DNA of 57,229 nucleotides from a virus, in the IMG/VR virus record IMGVR_UViG_3300031933_000210; one strand, written 5' to 3'. Numbering within the stretch: the stretch's first letter is position 1; the number at the start of each line of letters is the position of its first letter. Below are positions 40,993 through 49,241 of this stretch, piece after piece. Below the pieces are notes generated by a model, which saw only the letters and a program-made list of their open reading frames with translations, was not told the origin of the DNA and searched no databases. Both the position numbers and the translations under genes were made by a program.

Positions 40993-43847
40993 GCGCGCGA
41001 AACCGACAGCTCAGCTATGGCCGCACAACCGCGGCAGAGCGCGGGGAGCTGGTAAGCCTTGAGGGCACATTCGACGAGATCGCGGAGCTTTTCCGTGAAC
41101 CGGTACGGCGCAAAATCAGCACCGAGCAATACCTGGCCATGAGCCCAAAGGACCGGGCGCGCAGCAAGAACACCGGCCTGTTCTTTGGCGGCCTGTGCTC
41201 CGATGGGAAGCGCAGCGACAGCAGCCTGGTGTCACGCTCGATCGTCAACCTCGACCTGGACGACCACTGCGAGGCGATCTGGGACGAATTCAACCTGATC
41301 GGCACACTGTCGGCGTTCAGCGGGATCGCCCACTTGGTGCACACCACCAGGTCGCACTCCGAGACCACGCCGAAGCTGCGCATTCTGGTTCCGCTCGCTC
41401 GTGACGTGGCCCCGGCCGAGTACGAGCCTGTCGCTCGCGCGCTGGCGCAGATGCTCGATGGAAAGATGGAGGCGGTGGCCCGTGAGAGCTACACGCCAGC
41501 CCAGGGCATGTACTTCCCATCCGTCAGCAGCGACCAGCCCTACGAGTTCGCCTTGGTCGAGGGTGACTTCTTCGATCCGGACATCGCGCTGGCACAGTAC
41601 CCGGCCGACGACGCCGAAACCTGGCCGAAGCGCGCAAAGGAAAAGGTTAGCGAGTACGTCGCCGGCCGGTGCATGACTCACCCGGAAGAGAAAAAGGCCC
41701 AGGCGCCGATCATCACCGCGGTGCACCGCGCGTTCGATCCGCACACCTTCATCTCGACGTTCCTGGACGACAAATACACTGCCCACGGCGAGCGCTACGC
41801 CTACGTCAATGCGACCGGCGCACCGAGCGTGCGGGTCTACGATGACGCCTTCATCCAGTCCGACCACGGCTCCGATCCGGCGGTCGGCCAGCACAACACC
41901 TTCGATCTGGGACGCATCCATCTCTTCCGCCATCTGGATGAGGACTACGACACCGCAGGGCTATCCCCGGTCGAGTGGCCGTCGTACAAGGCCATGGTCG
42001 ACTTCATGCTCAAGCAGGAGGCGGTGCGCGAGGCGCTGGCGCAGGTTGAAGCCGAAATCGAGACCGAGCGGAACGCGGGAATGCTGCAGATTCTCGGCGA
42101 ACTCGATGACGAGGATGAAGATGAAGACGAGCCGGTCGCCGCCGCAGCCACGGACGACGACTTCGACGACCTGATCGGTGCACCACCGGCTGAGAAGCCG
42201 GAAAAGAAGGCACCAACGATCGAGGACGTGCTGCGCAAGGTCCGTCGGAGTATCGCGAAGGCGACCAGCCTGGATGATCTGGAGCGGCGCCTGGAGATCA
42301 TCCGCGCCTTCCCGACTACCGATTTCCGTGACCTACATCGCGACCTGGTTGCACCGGATGTGCAGGCGAAATTCGCCGAGCTGGCAGATCAGAAGATCAC
42401 CAAGGCAACCGCACGCAAGATGCTGGCGCCGACGGTTGAGAACCTGCGCGACCAGATGAGCGATCAGCCGCTGCCGAAGTGGCTGAAGGATTGGGTCTAC
42501 GTCACCAGCGAGAACAAATTCCTGAATCTGGACACGAAGGAAGTGCTGAGCAAGGAGGGCTTCAACGGCCGCTACAACCGGGAAGCCGGCGATCAGTTCG
42601 GCTCGGGCGACATGGGTCTGACGAAGATCACCGCCTTCGATGTCGCCACGCAGATTTTCTCGCTGCCAATGCCCTATTGGACCAAGTTCAACCCGGATCA
42701 GCCGGCGCTGTTCAACGAAGACGGGCTGCTGTGCGTCAACACATACCGGCGCGCTCACGTTGAAACCGGCGGCTACAAGGGCAAGAAAGGGGTCAAGCTG
42801 CTCAAGCGGCTGATCGCCGACCTGCTACCCAATCCGGTGCACCAGGGCATGCTGCTGGACTTCATTGCCCACTGCGTGCGCCATCCGGGTCGCAAGCTCA
42901 AGTATGCGCTGCTGATCAAGGGCTGCGAGGACGAGGGTAAATCGCTTCTGGCCAAGCTGCTGCGCCAGATGCTCGGCCGCCACAACACTGCGATCATCGG
43001 TTCGGAACAGCTCACCGAGAAGTTCAATGGCTGGTCCTACGAGCGCCTGCTGTGCGTGGTCGAGGAAGTGAAGCTGCCGGGCAAAGAGGGCTACTACGTC
43101 CTCAACAAGATCAAGCCGGTGATCACCAACGACGAAACGCCGATCCGCCGCATGCAGAAGGATGTCGTCACCGAGCGCAACTTCTGCAACATGTACCTGA
43201 CGACGAACTTCGAAGACTGCCTGCCGATGGAGGAGGACAACACGCGCTTTCTGGTGCTGTTCACCCGCTTCCTGAACAACCAGGAGGTCATCGAATGGCG
43301 TGAGAAGCGTGTCGCCGAGGAAGGCTCCGACTACGTCAGCGAGCTCTGGGATCACATCGCCGAGCGGCCGCACCAGTTCCTGGAGTTCTTCAACGAATAC
43401 GAATTCAGCGCCCACTACAAGCCGAACGGGCGTGCGCCCAACACGGAGTTCAAGGCGGTGATGGCCGAGGACGCCAAGTCGGAAGAGCGCCAGCTGCTGG
43501 AGGAGATGCTGGAGCTGGGTCGCGACCCGTCTATCAGCTATGACACGCTGATCTGGTCCTCCTTCCGCACCGAGCTGGATCGCCGCGGCATGGGCGCTGG
43601 GCTCAAGGGGCGCGGGGTATCCTCGTTCCTCAAGCCGATGGGCTTCGTGAAGGCCCGGGAGACGCGCCTGAGCGTCGATGGGGAGTCTCGCAAGCTGCAG
43701 GTATGGACGCGCAACCGCGAGCTGATCGGCGAAGGCTCGGCACTCACGCCAAAGGGCATCGAGATGGCCAAGGCTGCGCTGGCGGCACACGAAGAATTGG
43801 ACGATCTGGAATCGCTCGCCGACAACGTGGTGAGGCTGCGTCGATAG
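40989..43847 (+). CDS. primase-polymerase / SF3 (D5/P4-type) helicase
   Basis: 952 aa. N-terminal NLDLDD AEP-like acidic motif, an acidic linker containing DDDFDDLIG, and Walker A LLIKGCEDEGKS with CVVEEV (Walker B). Confidence 0.8.
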   Translation: MSARNRQLSYGRTTAAERGELVSLEGTFDEIAELFREPVRRKISTEQYLAMSPKDRARSKNTGLFFGGLCSDGKRSDSSLVSRSIVNLDLDDHCEAIWDEFNLIGTLSAFSGIAHLVHTTRSHSETTPKLRILVPLARDVAPAEYEPVARALAQMLDGKMEAVARESYTPAQGMYFPSVSSDQPYEFALVEGDFFDPDIALAQYPADDAETWPKRAKEKVSEYVAGRCMTHPEEKKAQAPIITAVHRAFDPHTFISTFLDDKYTAHGERYAYVNATGAPSVRVYDDAFIQSDHGSDPAVGQHNTFDLGRIHLFRHLDEDYDTAGLSPVEWPSYKAMVDFMLKQEAVREALAQVEAEIETERNAGMLQILGELDDEDEDEDEPVAAAATDDDFDDLIGAPPAEKPEKKAPTIEDVLRKVRRSIAKATSLDDLERRLEIIRAFPTTDFRDLHRDLVAPDVQAKFAELADQKITKATARKMLAPTVENLRDQMSDQPLPKWLKDWVYVTSENKFLNLDTKEVLSKEGFNGRYNREAGDQFGSGDMGLTKITAFDVATQIFSLPMPYWTKFNPDQPALFNEDGLLCVNTYRRAHVETGGYKGKKGVKLLKRLIADLLPNPVHQGMLLDFIAHCVRHPGRKLKYALLIKGCEDEGKSLLAKLLRQMLGRHNTAIIGSEQLTEKFNGWSYERLLCVVEEVKLPGKEGYYVLNKIKPVITNDETPIRRMQKDVVTERNFCNMYLTTNFEDCLPMEEDNTRFLVLFTRFLNNQEVIEWREKRVAEEGSDYVSELWDHIAERPHQFLEFFNEYEFSAHYKPNGRAPNTEFKAVMAEDAKSEERQLLEEMLELGRDPSISYDTLIWSSFRTELDRRGMGAGLKGRGVSSFLKPMGFVKARETRLSVDGESRKLQVWTRNRELIGEGSALTPKGIEMAKAALAAHEELDDLESLADNVVRLRR

Positions 43848-44022
43848 CGAATCCTGATTTTTCGGATTTCAGAGCCGCCTTCGGGCGGCTTTTTCGTGTA
43901 CGCAGCGAATCCCGATTTTTCCGATTTCGCAGCCGGATGGTACGAATTCCGATTTGTCCGATTTCGCTCGCGAGCCAACAGCTCATTTTTTGACCAACGC
44001 GAATCCTGATTTTTCGGGATTC
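43847..44022. repeat. four copies of a 24-bp imperfect palindrome (GCGAATCC-TGATTTTTC-GGATTTC)
   Basis: Copies at 43847, 43905, 43942 and 43999, read directly from the sequence. Confidence 0.85.
43873..43896 (+). terminator. Rho-independent terminator after the primase-helicase gene
   Basis: Stem AGCCGCC/GGCGGCT, loop TTCG, then TTTTT. Confidence 0.8.
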
Positions 44023-44028
44023 AAAAAG

Positions 44029-44345
44029 AACTGGGACATTTGAGAAACTGGGACAAGAACTGGGACAAGCTGGAGCCTTAGTGCCACGCGGCTTCCAGCA
44101 ATTCTTGTCCCAGTTACGGCGTTGTCCCAGTTTCTTTCACTCTTATATATGTACGAAACACATCTATGTGACAGTGACATCACCATGCTCTCACCGGGTC
44201 ATTCTCAGCAGATGTATTCCTCTCACATATAAGACTTCAAATAACTGGGACAACTGGGACAACTGGGACAGACAGCCTTGCAGGCCAGATTTTCCGGGGG
44301 GTCGGCTTGTCCCAGTTTCTTGTCCCAGTTTATTTAAGTGGGACA
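44029..44345. repeat. iteron array, candidate replication origin
   Basis: Ten ACTGGGACA iterons: 3 direct (44029-44067), 2 inverted (44106-44132), an AT-rich 110-bp core, 3 tandem direct (44244-44270) and 2 inverted (44308-44329). One partial copy follows. Confidence 0.7.
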
Positions 44346-44626
44346 ACGCTATCGGGCAGCTGCTGACCAGACCGGATCGCGTCCTGGTACTCCCTCCCCT
44401 GCTGCAGCTGCAGGTTGCAGTTTTCCAGCGCTGTCTTGATTCGCTTCGCATGTGCCCCGATCTGCCGGTACGTCCCTCCTTCCCACTGCGGCACCGGGCA
44501 GTCGCGGAGGAACCGGTCCGGTAGGTAGACCTGCTGATACTCGGTCGTCGTGATTACAGGCTGATCAGCGCAGGACGCCGTCAAGCTGAACAGGCACAAG
44601 CACGTCAAGGCACGCCATGGACTCAT
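44330..44626 (-). CDS. o-spanin (Rz1-like outer-membrane lipoprotein)
   Basis: MSPWRALTCLCLFSLTASC has a lipobox (LTAS-C). Overlaps the 3' end of the i-spanin in another frame. Confidence 0.7.
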   Translation of the reverse strand: MSPWRALTCLCLFSLTASCADQPVITTTEYQQVYLPDRFLRDCPVPQWEGGTYRQIGAHAKRIKTALENCNLQLQQGREYQDAIRSGQQLPDSVVPLK

Positions 44627-44912
44627 CGCTATCTCCCTCGGTTTTCTGAATTTCGTTGATCTGAACCAGTGCCGCATCGAGCTTTCGGTCGTTGACCTCC
44701 GTCCGGTCGGCAAGCCTGCCGAGCGCAGCATCGAGCTGCCCCATCCGATGAAGCAGCAGCTCTGCCTGCTGGCGCTGTTCACCGGCTGCCTGCAGCGCCG
44801 CAAACGCTTCATTCCGCGAAGACGCGGCATCCTCCCAGGCACCCTTGAGTTGCCAGCCGAGCCCCAACACCGCCACGGCCAGCGCGGCCGTCACCCCTAG
44901 CAACCACTTCAC
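44565..44912 (-). CDS. i-spanin (Rz-like)
   Basis: N-terminal transmembrane segment (WLLGVTAALAVAVLGLGW) followed by a coiled-coil periplasmic domain. Confidence 0.7.
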   Translation of the reverse strand: MKWLLGVTAALAVAVLGLGWQLKGAWEDAASSRNEAFAALQAAGEQRQQAELLLHRMGQLDAALGRLADRTEVNDRKLDAALVQINEIQKTEGDSDESMACLDVLVPVQLDGVLR

Positions 44913-44957
44913 GATCCACCTCCTGGCATAAGTACACCTGGTGCACTAAGTTGGTTT

Positions 44958-44974
44958 TTCAACTACTGGTTGAC
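44958..44974. promoter_or_regulatory. TTCAACC-family motif, palindromic form (TTCAACTACTGGTTGAC)
   Basis: Lies 46 nt upstream of the i-spanin start. Confidence 0.6.
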
Positions 44975-45065
44975 AACGTGATCAAAGGGCCATCAGAATC
45001 GACCCCCATCAGCTGCCCGCCTCACGATACCCGTGCGTTGGGCGCAGAAACGAGGGGGTTTTGTC

Positions 45066-45302
45066 ATGCGTCAGAAGGATGTCCGCTTTGGGCGTGCCAC
45101 CGTGGTGGTCGATGAACGCGGCGGTTGGGCGCTTCCGGGGGGAGGTCGAACTGACCAGCGGGTTGAAGCTATGGCTGCAGCTGCCGAAATCGATCGAATG
45201 CTCTCCCGCGGCACAGAGGTCATGCCGGAAGTGGTCCATCAGCCCGTGGTCATAGTGCGCAGGCCCGCAAAGAACGCCGGCGTGATTCTGAGCCGCACAT
45301 GA
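45066..45302 (+). CDS. hypothetical protein
   Basis: GAGGGGG Shine-Dalgarno sequence upstream of the ATG at 45066. Competes with an antisense ORF at 45009..45404. Confidence 0.35.
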   Translation: MRQKDVRFGRATVVVDERGGWALPGGGRTDQRVEAMAAAAEIDRMLSRGTEVMPEVVHQPVVIVRRPAKNAGVILSRT

Positions 45303-45457
45303 CACCCAAAGCACTGGTTTCATTTGCAACCCAGTACCTACGCATGGGTTGCAGGCCGATCGTTGATTTCTCAGCCCGACGTTAGAGCTGGAAATGGCAT
45401 GCAAAAACCCGACAGACGGTCTCTTGCATGTTTTCGAACCTAAGAGAGTCTTGCTGC

Positions 45458-45709
45458 ATGTCCAACCTGACCGTATCCAACAGCCGATGCCAATGTTCAG
45501 GCTGCGAAGAGTTTTTCAACTCGCTCGCCAGCTTCGATAAGCACCGGACAGGACGGTACGGGAAGGACAGAAGATGCCTCACGCAACACGAAATGCTCGA
45601 AGCGGGAATGGAGAAAAACACCGCGGGCTATTGGGTCACCGCTAGATATCAGGGCGGATTCTGGAGTGGGAAGGAGCCCCAAGCAGACGACCTGGATGAA
45701 TTGATCTGA
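45458..45709 (+). CDS. FDxHR-type zinc-binding protein
   Basis: CQCSGCEEFFNSLASFDKHR motif. Acidic tail DDLDELI. Confidence 0.55.
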   Translation: MSNLTVSNSRCQCSGCEEFFNSLASFDKHRTGRYGKDRRCLTQHEMLEAGMEKNTAGYWVTARYQGGFWSGKEPQADDLDELI

Positions 45710-45727
45710 CAACAGGGGAAGTAACGG

Positions 45728-46012
45728 ATGTGCAACTGCAAAGCCGAAATGGAACAACAGCTGGCTTCGAAATTCATGCAATCGCTGCCATTGGGCGCGG
45801 AGAACGTCTCCTCTGAACTGCGCGGTTACGGATTGCTCATGGGGGCCAACCAGCAGTTGGAGTACAAGAACCAGGTTGAGGTGCAATTCACCTATTCCGT
45901 ACCTGGGAAGGACGGGATGAAGGCGAAGAAGCAGCGCATAGCTCTGACGGGCAACTTCTGCATGTTCTGCGGTGAGCGATACAGCCGCGAACACGCACCA
46001 TCGGTGGATTAG
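45728..46012 (+). CDS. hypothetical protein
   Basis: 94-aa ORF with lower GC. CxC...CxxC. Confidence 0.5.
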   Translation: MCNCKAEMEQQLASKFMQSLPLGAENVSSELRGYGLLMGANQQLEYKNQVEVQFTYSVPGKDGMKAKKQRIALTGNFCMFCGERYSREHAPSVD

Positions 46013-46088
46013 GACCGATGCTCGGGTGGGGGTTCGCCCTCACCTATGTCAACCCGATCACTCCTCAACGCAACATAGGAACACTCAA

Positions 46089-46397
46089 ATGCTAATCACT
46101 GATGGACTGCGTTTCTCAGGCATTGCTGCCCGCCTTGGCGCCGCGATCGGATCGCTGATGATCGGATCGTCAGGTCGCTCGACCGGGCTGTACGGCCGGC
46201 ACACCTACATGCGACCGACCCGGCGCCAGCAGCGCGACCCGAACAACCCTCACCAGCAGGCGCGCATCCTGGCCGCCGCCGCGAAGCGGGAGCGCCGGGC
46301 CAAGAAGTTGGCCTTCTACATGCTCCACTCCACCCTCAACAACCGCGCCCACGCCGGTACCGGCCCGACTCTCAACCCGTTTCATATCGCCCGCTGA
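46089..46397 (+). CDS. hypothetical basic protein
   Basis: AGGAA Shine-Dalgarno sequence upstream of the ATG at 46089. 102 aa. Confidence 0.45.
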   Translation: MLITDGLRFSGIAARLGAAIGSLMIGSSGRSTGLYGRHTYMRPTRRQQRDPNNPHQQARILAAAAKRERRAKKLAFYMLHSTLNNRAHAGTGPTLNPFHIAR

Positions 46398-46423
46398 TTC
46401 AACCATCACCTGATTTTTCAACC
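46398..46423 (+). promoter_or_regulatory. TTCAACC-family motif, 19-bp-phased direct repeat
   Basis: TTCAACC at 46398 and 46417, upstream of the HU gene. Confidence 0.6.
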
Positions 46424-46451
46424 GAAGCACCTGCAAACCAGGAGATACACC

Positions 46452-46724
46452 ATGCCCAAGCAGAACCTGATCGACACCATCGCACTGCAGACCAACACCA
46501 GCAAAGCTGAAGCCGGCCGCATGGTCGACGCCGTACTGCACGGCCTGCAGTCTGAGCTTTCCGCCGGCAACGAAGTTCGCATCGTCGGCTTCGGCAGCTT
46601 CAGCCCAGTCACCCGCCCTGCCCGCACCGCACGCAACCCGCAGACCGGCAATCCCATGCAGCTCGCATCGAAGGTGGTTGTGAAGTTCCGCCCGGGCAAG
46701 AAGCTGCTGGAAGCGGTGAACTGA
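46452..46724 (+). CDS. hup: HU/IHF-family DNA-binding protein
   Basis: VRIVGFGSFSPVTRPARTARNPQTGNPMQLASKVVVKFRPGKKL is the canonical HU arm. Confidence 0.9.
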   Translation: MPKQNLIDTIALQTNTSKAEAGRMVDAVLHGLQSELSAGNEVRIVGFGSFSPVTRPARTARNPQTGNPMQLASKVVVKFRPGKKLLEAVN

Positions 46725-46725
46725 G

Positions 46726-46911
46726 ATGGGTCCGGAGTTCGATCACGACGAAATCGATCTGATCACCGCATTAGCCATCGCGATTGTTGCGGGCCAGCAG
46801 GCGAACACGCTGTCCGGGTCAACCAATCCGGGGGAGGTGTTCGACGTGGCGGAAGAGGTCGTCCGCGAACGCAGGCGCCGCTACTTCAGCACTCATAAGA
46901 TCGGTGACTGA
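46726..46911 (+). CDS. hypothetical protein
   Basis: 61-aa ORF, 1 nt after the HU stop, followed by a terminator. Confidence 0.45.
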   Translation: MGPEFDHDEIDLITALAIAIVAGQQANTLSGSTNPGEVFDVAEEVVRERRRRYFSTHKIGD

Positions 46912-46928
46912 AAAACCCAGAACACCAA

Positions 46929-46956
46929 GAAACCCGCTCCGGCGGGTTTTCTTTTG
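46929..46956 (+). terminator. Rho-independent terminator
   Basis: Stem AACCCGC/GCGGGTT, loop TCCG, then TTTTCTTTT. Confidence 0.8.
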
Positions 46957-46973
46957 CCCGAGATTCCTCCAGC

Positions 46974-46998
46974 GCGAATCCGGAAAAATCGGATTTCG
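46974..46998. repeat. GAATCC-N9-GGATTTC palindrome with the A/T core flipped relative to the origin copies
   Basis: GCGAATCCGGAAAAATCGGATTTCG. Compare with 43847..43870. Confidence 0.7.
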
Positions 46999-47317
46999 TG
47001 AGCCAGAGGTGCCTACGACCGAATTCTGGAAAAACCGAGCTCGCTGAAACCCTTTGTAGATCAGCAATTTACGCACGAGAGTCCTATTGCACAGGTTGAA
47101 AACCCTCGAATCCCGAGCCTCGGCGACCCCCCGGCAGCCCGGATTCCCTGGATGGGACCCAGAGCGACCACGCCAGGCCCGGCGGCGCCAGCTGGCCAGG
47201 TAGCCGCGGCGCACGAATTGCCGAATTCAGGGATTCACGAATTGCCGCATTCGGCTGATTCGCCAGGTTCCCGAACTCCGATTAATCCGGATTCAACCCG
47301 CTATCCATCCTGGCGCC

Positions 47318-47408
47318 CTGATGCCGGGCTGCTGCTGATGCCGGGCTGCTGATGCCGGGCTGCTGATCCTGGCCTTGCCGGGCTGCTGATCCTGGCCTTG
47401 CCGGGCTG
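47318..47408. repeat. compound tandem repeat (CTGATGCCGGGCTG x3, then CTGATCCTGGCCTTGCCGGGCTG x2)
   Basis: Read directly from the sequence, in non-coding DNA. Confidence 0.9.
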
Positions 47409-47423
47409 CCGCCTCCCTGCCGA

Positions 47424-47469
47424 TTCAACTTTTCGCATTTTCTTTTCAACTATCGGTTGAATCTTCAAC
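47424..47469 (+). promoter_or_regulatory. TTCAACC-family motif cluster (TTCAAC, TTCAACTATCGGTTGAA, TTCAAC)
   Basis: Half-sites at 47424, 47445, 47455 (inverted) and 47464, upstream of the CDS at 47525. Confidence 0.65.
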
Positions 47470-47524
47470 ATCACGGCGATATTATTCGCGCGTGGTTTGG
47501 ATGAATTGAAAAGGAGTCGCCGCA

Positions 47525-47788
47525 ATGCTGAATAGAACCGCTCTTATCAATCCCGCTTTCCTGGCAAAGGTCGGTCGCGCCATGCGCCGCGCTGCAATAC
47601 TTTCCGCCGGTCCCTACGCTTTCGGCCGCTTTGCCGTGCGTAACCGGAAAAATGAGCTCGCGCTAGTGGTAGTGCATCGCCGCGGCCGTTTCTCTGGCTT
47701 CGAATTCTTCGACGCTGCGGACCGTGACGTAACCGGCCAGGTTATCGGCGCGCTACGCCAGCACGGCATGCCGGAGTCCGCGCTATGA
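47525..47788 (+). CDS. hypothetical protein
   Basis: AAGGAG Shine-Dalgarno sequence at 47511. 87 aa. Confidence 0.55.
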   Translation: MLNRTALINPAFLAKVGRAMRRAAILSAGPYAFGRFAVRNRKNELALVVVHRRGRFSGFEFFDAADRDVTGQVIGALRQHGMPESAL

Positions 47789-47940
47789 CTGACCATGCTT
47801 TCCCGTGCGCCGCTTTCGCCTTTTCCTACGCTTTCCAGCAAGCGAAAGCCGGGCAAATAGTCCGATTGGGAAAGGTCGCCGGAGCCTGGCGCGTCACTGT
47901 TGCGCCCGCCGTTTCAACCGTTAGTTCTAAGTTCAACTAA
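47785..47940 (+). CDS. small hypothetical protein (51 aa)
   Basis: ATGA start/stop coupling with the upstream gene. Not in the supplied ORF track because it is under 60 aa. Confidence 0.35.
   Translation: MTDHAFPCAAFAFSYAFQQAKAGQIVRLGKVAGAWRVTVAPAVSTVSSKFN
47913..47937 (+). promoter_or_regulatory. TTCAACC-family motif, 19-bp-phased direct repeat
   Basis: TTCAACC at 47913 and TTCAAC at 47932, then AAAGGAA and the ATG at 47955. Confidence 0.6.
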
Positions 47941-47954
47941 AAGGAATCTCGAAA

Positions 47955-48713
47955 ATGTCCGATAACGCACGCGATCAAGCAAAAGCCCAACTTTCCAGCG
48001 TTCGCGCCATGGTGGCTGCGCTCAACTGCGACTATGACCGGTTGGAAGAATTGCGCGAAGAGCGGCAGCCGTTTGTTGCCGGTTGGAACATGGCCGGATA
48101 TCTGCCGGATTCGGAGCCTTGCCAGTTCGCAGAATTCACAGACGCCCGGGACCATATCGCCGAAGAGTTGCGCGAACGCGCCGAACAATGCCGGGAAGAG
48201 GCGGAAAGCCATTCCGAGACCGGCGACAAAATTGAAGAGGCGGAACAGCTGGGACGCGCGGCGCGCTTCGAAGAGGCGGCCGATAATGTGGAAACCCAGA
48301 CCGGCGCCTTTTCATTCACGCTCGACGGTTGGGCATTCTGGGTTTCCGATGCTCCAAACGGTGGACTATCCGAGGAGGACGCCGCGGAACTGGATGAGCT
48401 GGAAGCGGCAGCCGGCGATTGCGAAAGCCAGGACGATGCTCGCCAGCGCATCGAAGATGACGCGCTTTCTGTCGAGATTCGCAGCGATTGGGAAACCGTC
48501 GGCGCCAGACTTTCGGCCTCGGAATTCCGCATTCTGTTGTGTACCGGCGGACCGCACGTCGAGATAGTCGGCGACCTGGACCGTTACGGCGAACCGGAAA
48601 GCGCGCGTCTGTTGTATCAAGATTGGTTCGAAGGGAAACAGGAGTACGCATGCGACTCCGACGAAGTGGCCGACCTTATTCAATACGCCAGCGTTTTCTA
48701 TTTCGGCGAATAA
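47955..48713 (+). CDS. highly acidic hypothetical protein
   Basis: 252 aa, rich in Asp/Glu throughout. Confidence 0.65.
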   Translation: MSDNARDQAKAQLSSVRAMVAALNCDYDRLEELREERQPFVAGWNMAGYLPDSEPCQFAEFTDARDHIAEELRERAEQCREEAESHSETGDKIEEAEQLGRAARFEEAADNVETQTGAFSFTLDGWAFWVSDAPNGGLSEEDAAELDELEAAAGDCESQDDARQRIEDDALSVEIRSDWETVGARLSASEFRILLCTGGPHVEIVGDLDRYGEPESARLLYQDWFEGKQEYACDSDEVADLIQYASVFYFGE

Positions 48714-48751
48714 CCGCGCCCGCGATTTCAACCATCAGAGGAATTATCAAC
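48711..48751 (+). promoter_or_regulatory. 41-bp leader cassette containing the phased TTCAACC/ATCAAC pair and an AGAGGA Shine-Dalgarno sequence
   Basis: taaCCGCGCCCGCGATTTCAACCATCAGAGGAATTATCAAC followed directly by ATG. Near-identical to 49200..49241. Confidence 0.8.
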
Positions 48752-49000
48752 ATGACACTAGTTTTCAGCGGCAAAGCGCAAGAAAGGTGCGCCGAAATTC
48801 GCCAGTCAAGCGATGGATATAGCGTGTTCACATGGTCCGACTTCGGCGGCACTACCGGCGTGATGCAGTGGCGTGAACGCCACGCGCAGGAATATGGGCC
48901 CGCTTTCGCGTCGGCTTGCGCTTGGCTCAGAAAAGCAGGCATGACGCCGGCCACCGTTTCAACCATCAGAGGAATTATCAACAATGAAAAAGTCCGTTAA
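48752..49000 (+). CDS. hypothetical protein
   Basis: The ATG abuts the leader cassette. Its 3' end reads through the next cassette. Confidence 0.5.
   Translation: MTLVFSGKAQERCAEIRQSSDGYSVFTWSDFGGTTGVMQWRERHAQEYGPAFASACAWLRKAGMTPATVSTIRGIINNEKVR
48957..48982 (+). promoter_or_regulatory. second copy of the leader cassette core
   Basis: TTTCAACCATCAGAGGAATTATCAAC, then A and ATG. Confidence 0.8.
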
Positions 49001-49202
49001 CGCGCACATTCACCGCTTCGGCGATTCGGTCGCCCTGGCATTCATCGGCGCCGATGGCGAGACGGTTTATCTCGACGCTGATCAGGCCGAACAACTGGCC
49101 GGCGCGATCGCCGAATGTGTCGAAAGTATCCGCGCCGTTAAATTTTCGGCTTCGAACTTCGGCAGCCGGAGCATTCCGCCAACCGCTGCAGCCGCGGAAT
49201 AA
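48984..49202 (+). CDS. hypothetical protein
   Basis: 72 aa, with the ATG 1 nt after the cassette. Confidence 0.55.
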   Translation: MKKSVNAHIHRFGDSVALAFIGADGETVYLDADQAEQLAGAIAECVESIRAVKFSASNFGSRSIPPTAAAAE

Positions 49203-49241
49203 CTGCGCCCGCGATTTCAACCATCAGAGGAATTATCAACC
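49200..49241 (+). promoter_or_regulatory. third copy of the leader cassette
   Basis: taaCTGCGCCCGCGATTTCAACCATCAGAGGAATTATCAACC, then ATG. Confidence 0.8.

Noticed and set aside
44627-44842. N-terminal 72 codons of ORF 44330..44842
   Set aside because: The extension is Arg-rich and lies inside the i-spanin gene in another frame. The internal Met (44626) is followed at once by a lipoprotein signal with a lipobox (LTASC), the expected o-spanin start.
45009-45404. 131-aa minus-strand ORF overlapping CDS 45066..45302
   Set aside because: It has no convincing ribosome-binding site and its composition is His/Cys/Ser-rich. The plus-strand alternative has a GAGGGGG Shine-Dalgarno sequence. Neither is strong, so the plus-strand call has only 0.35 confidence.
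47318-47408. Type III toxin-antitoxin (ToxI-like) RNA repeat array upstream of 47525..47940
   Set aside because: The repeat units are heterogeneous (14 and 23 nt). No terminator separates them from the downstream genes. The downstream proteins (87 and 51 aa) are far smaller than ToxN/AbiE-type toxins.
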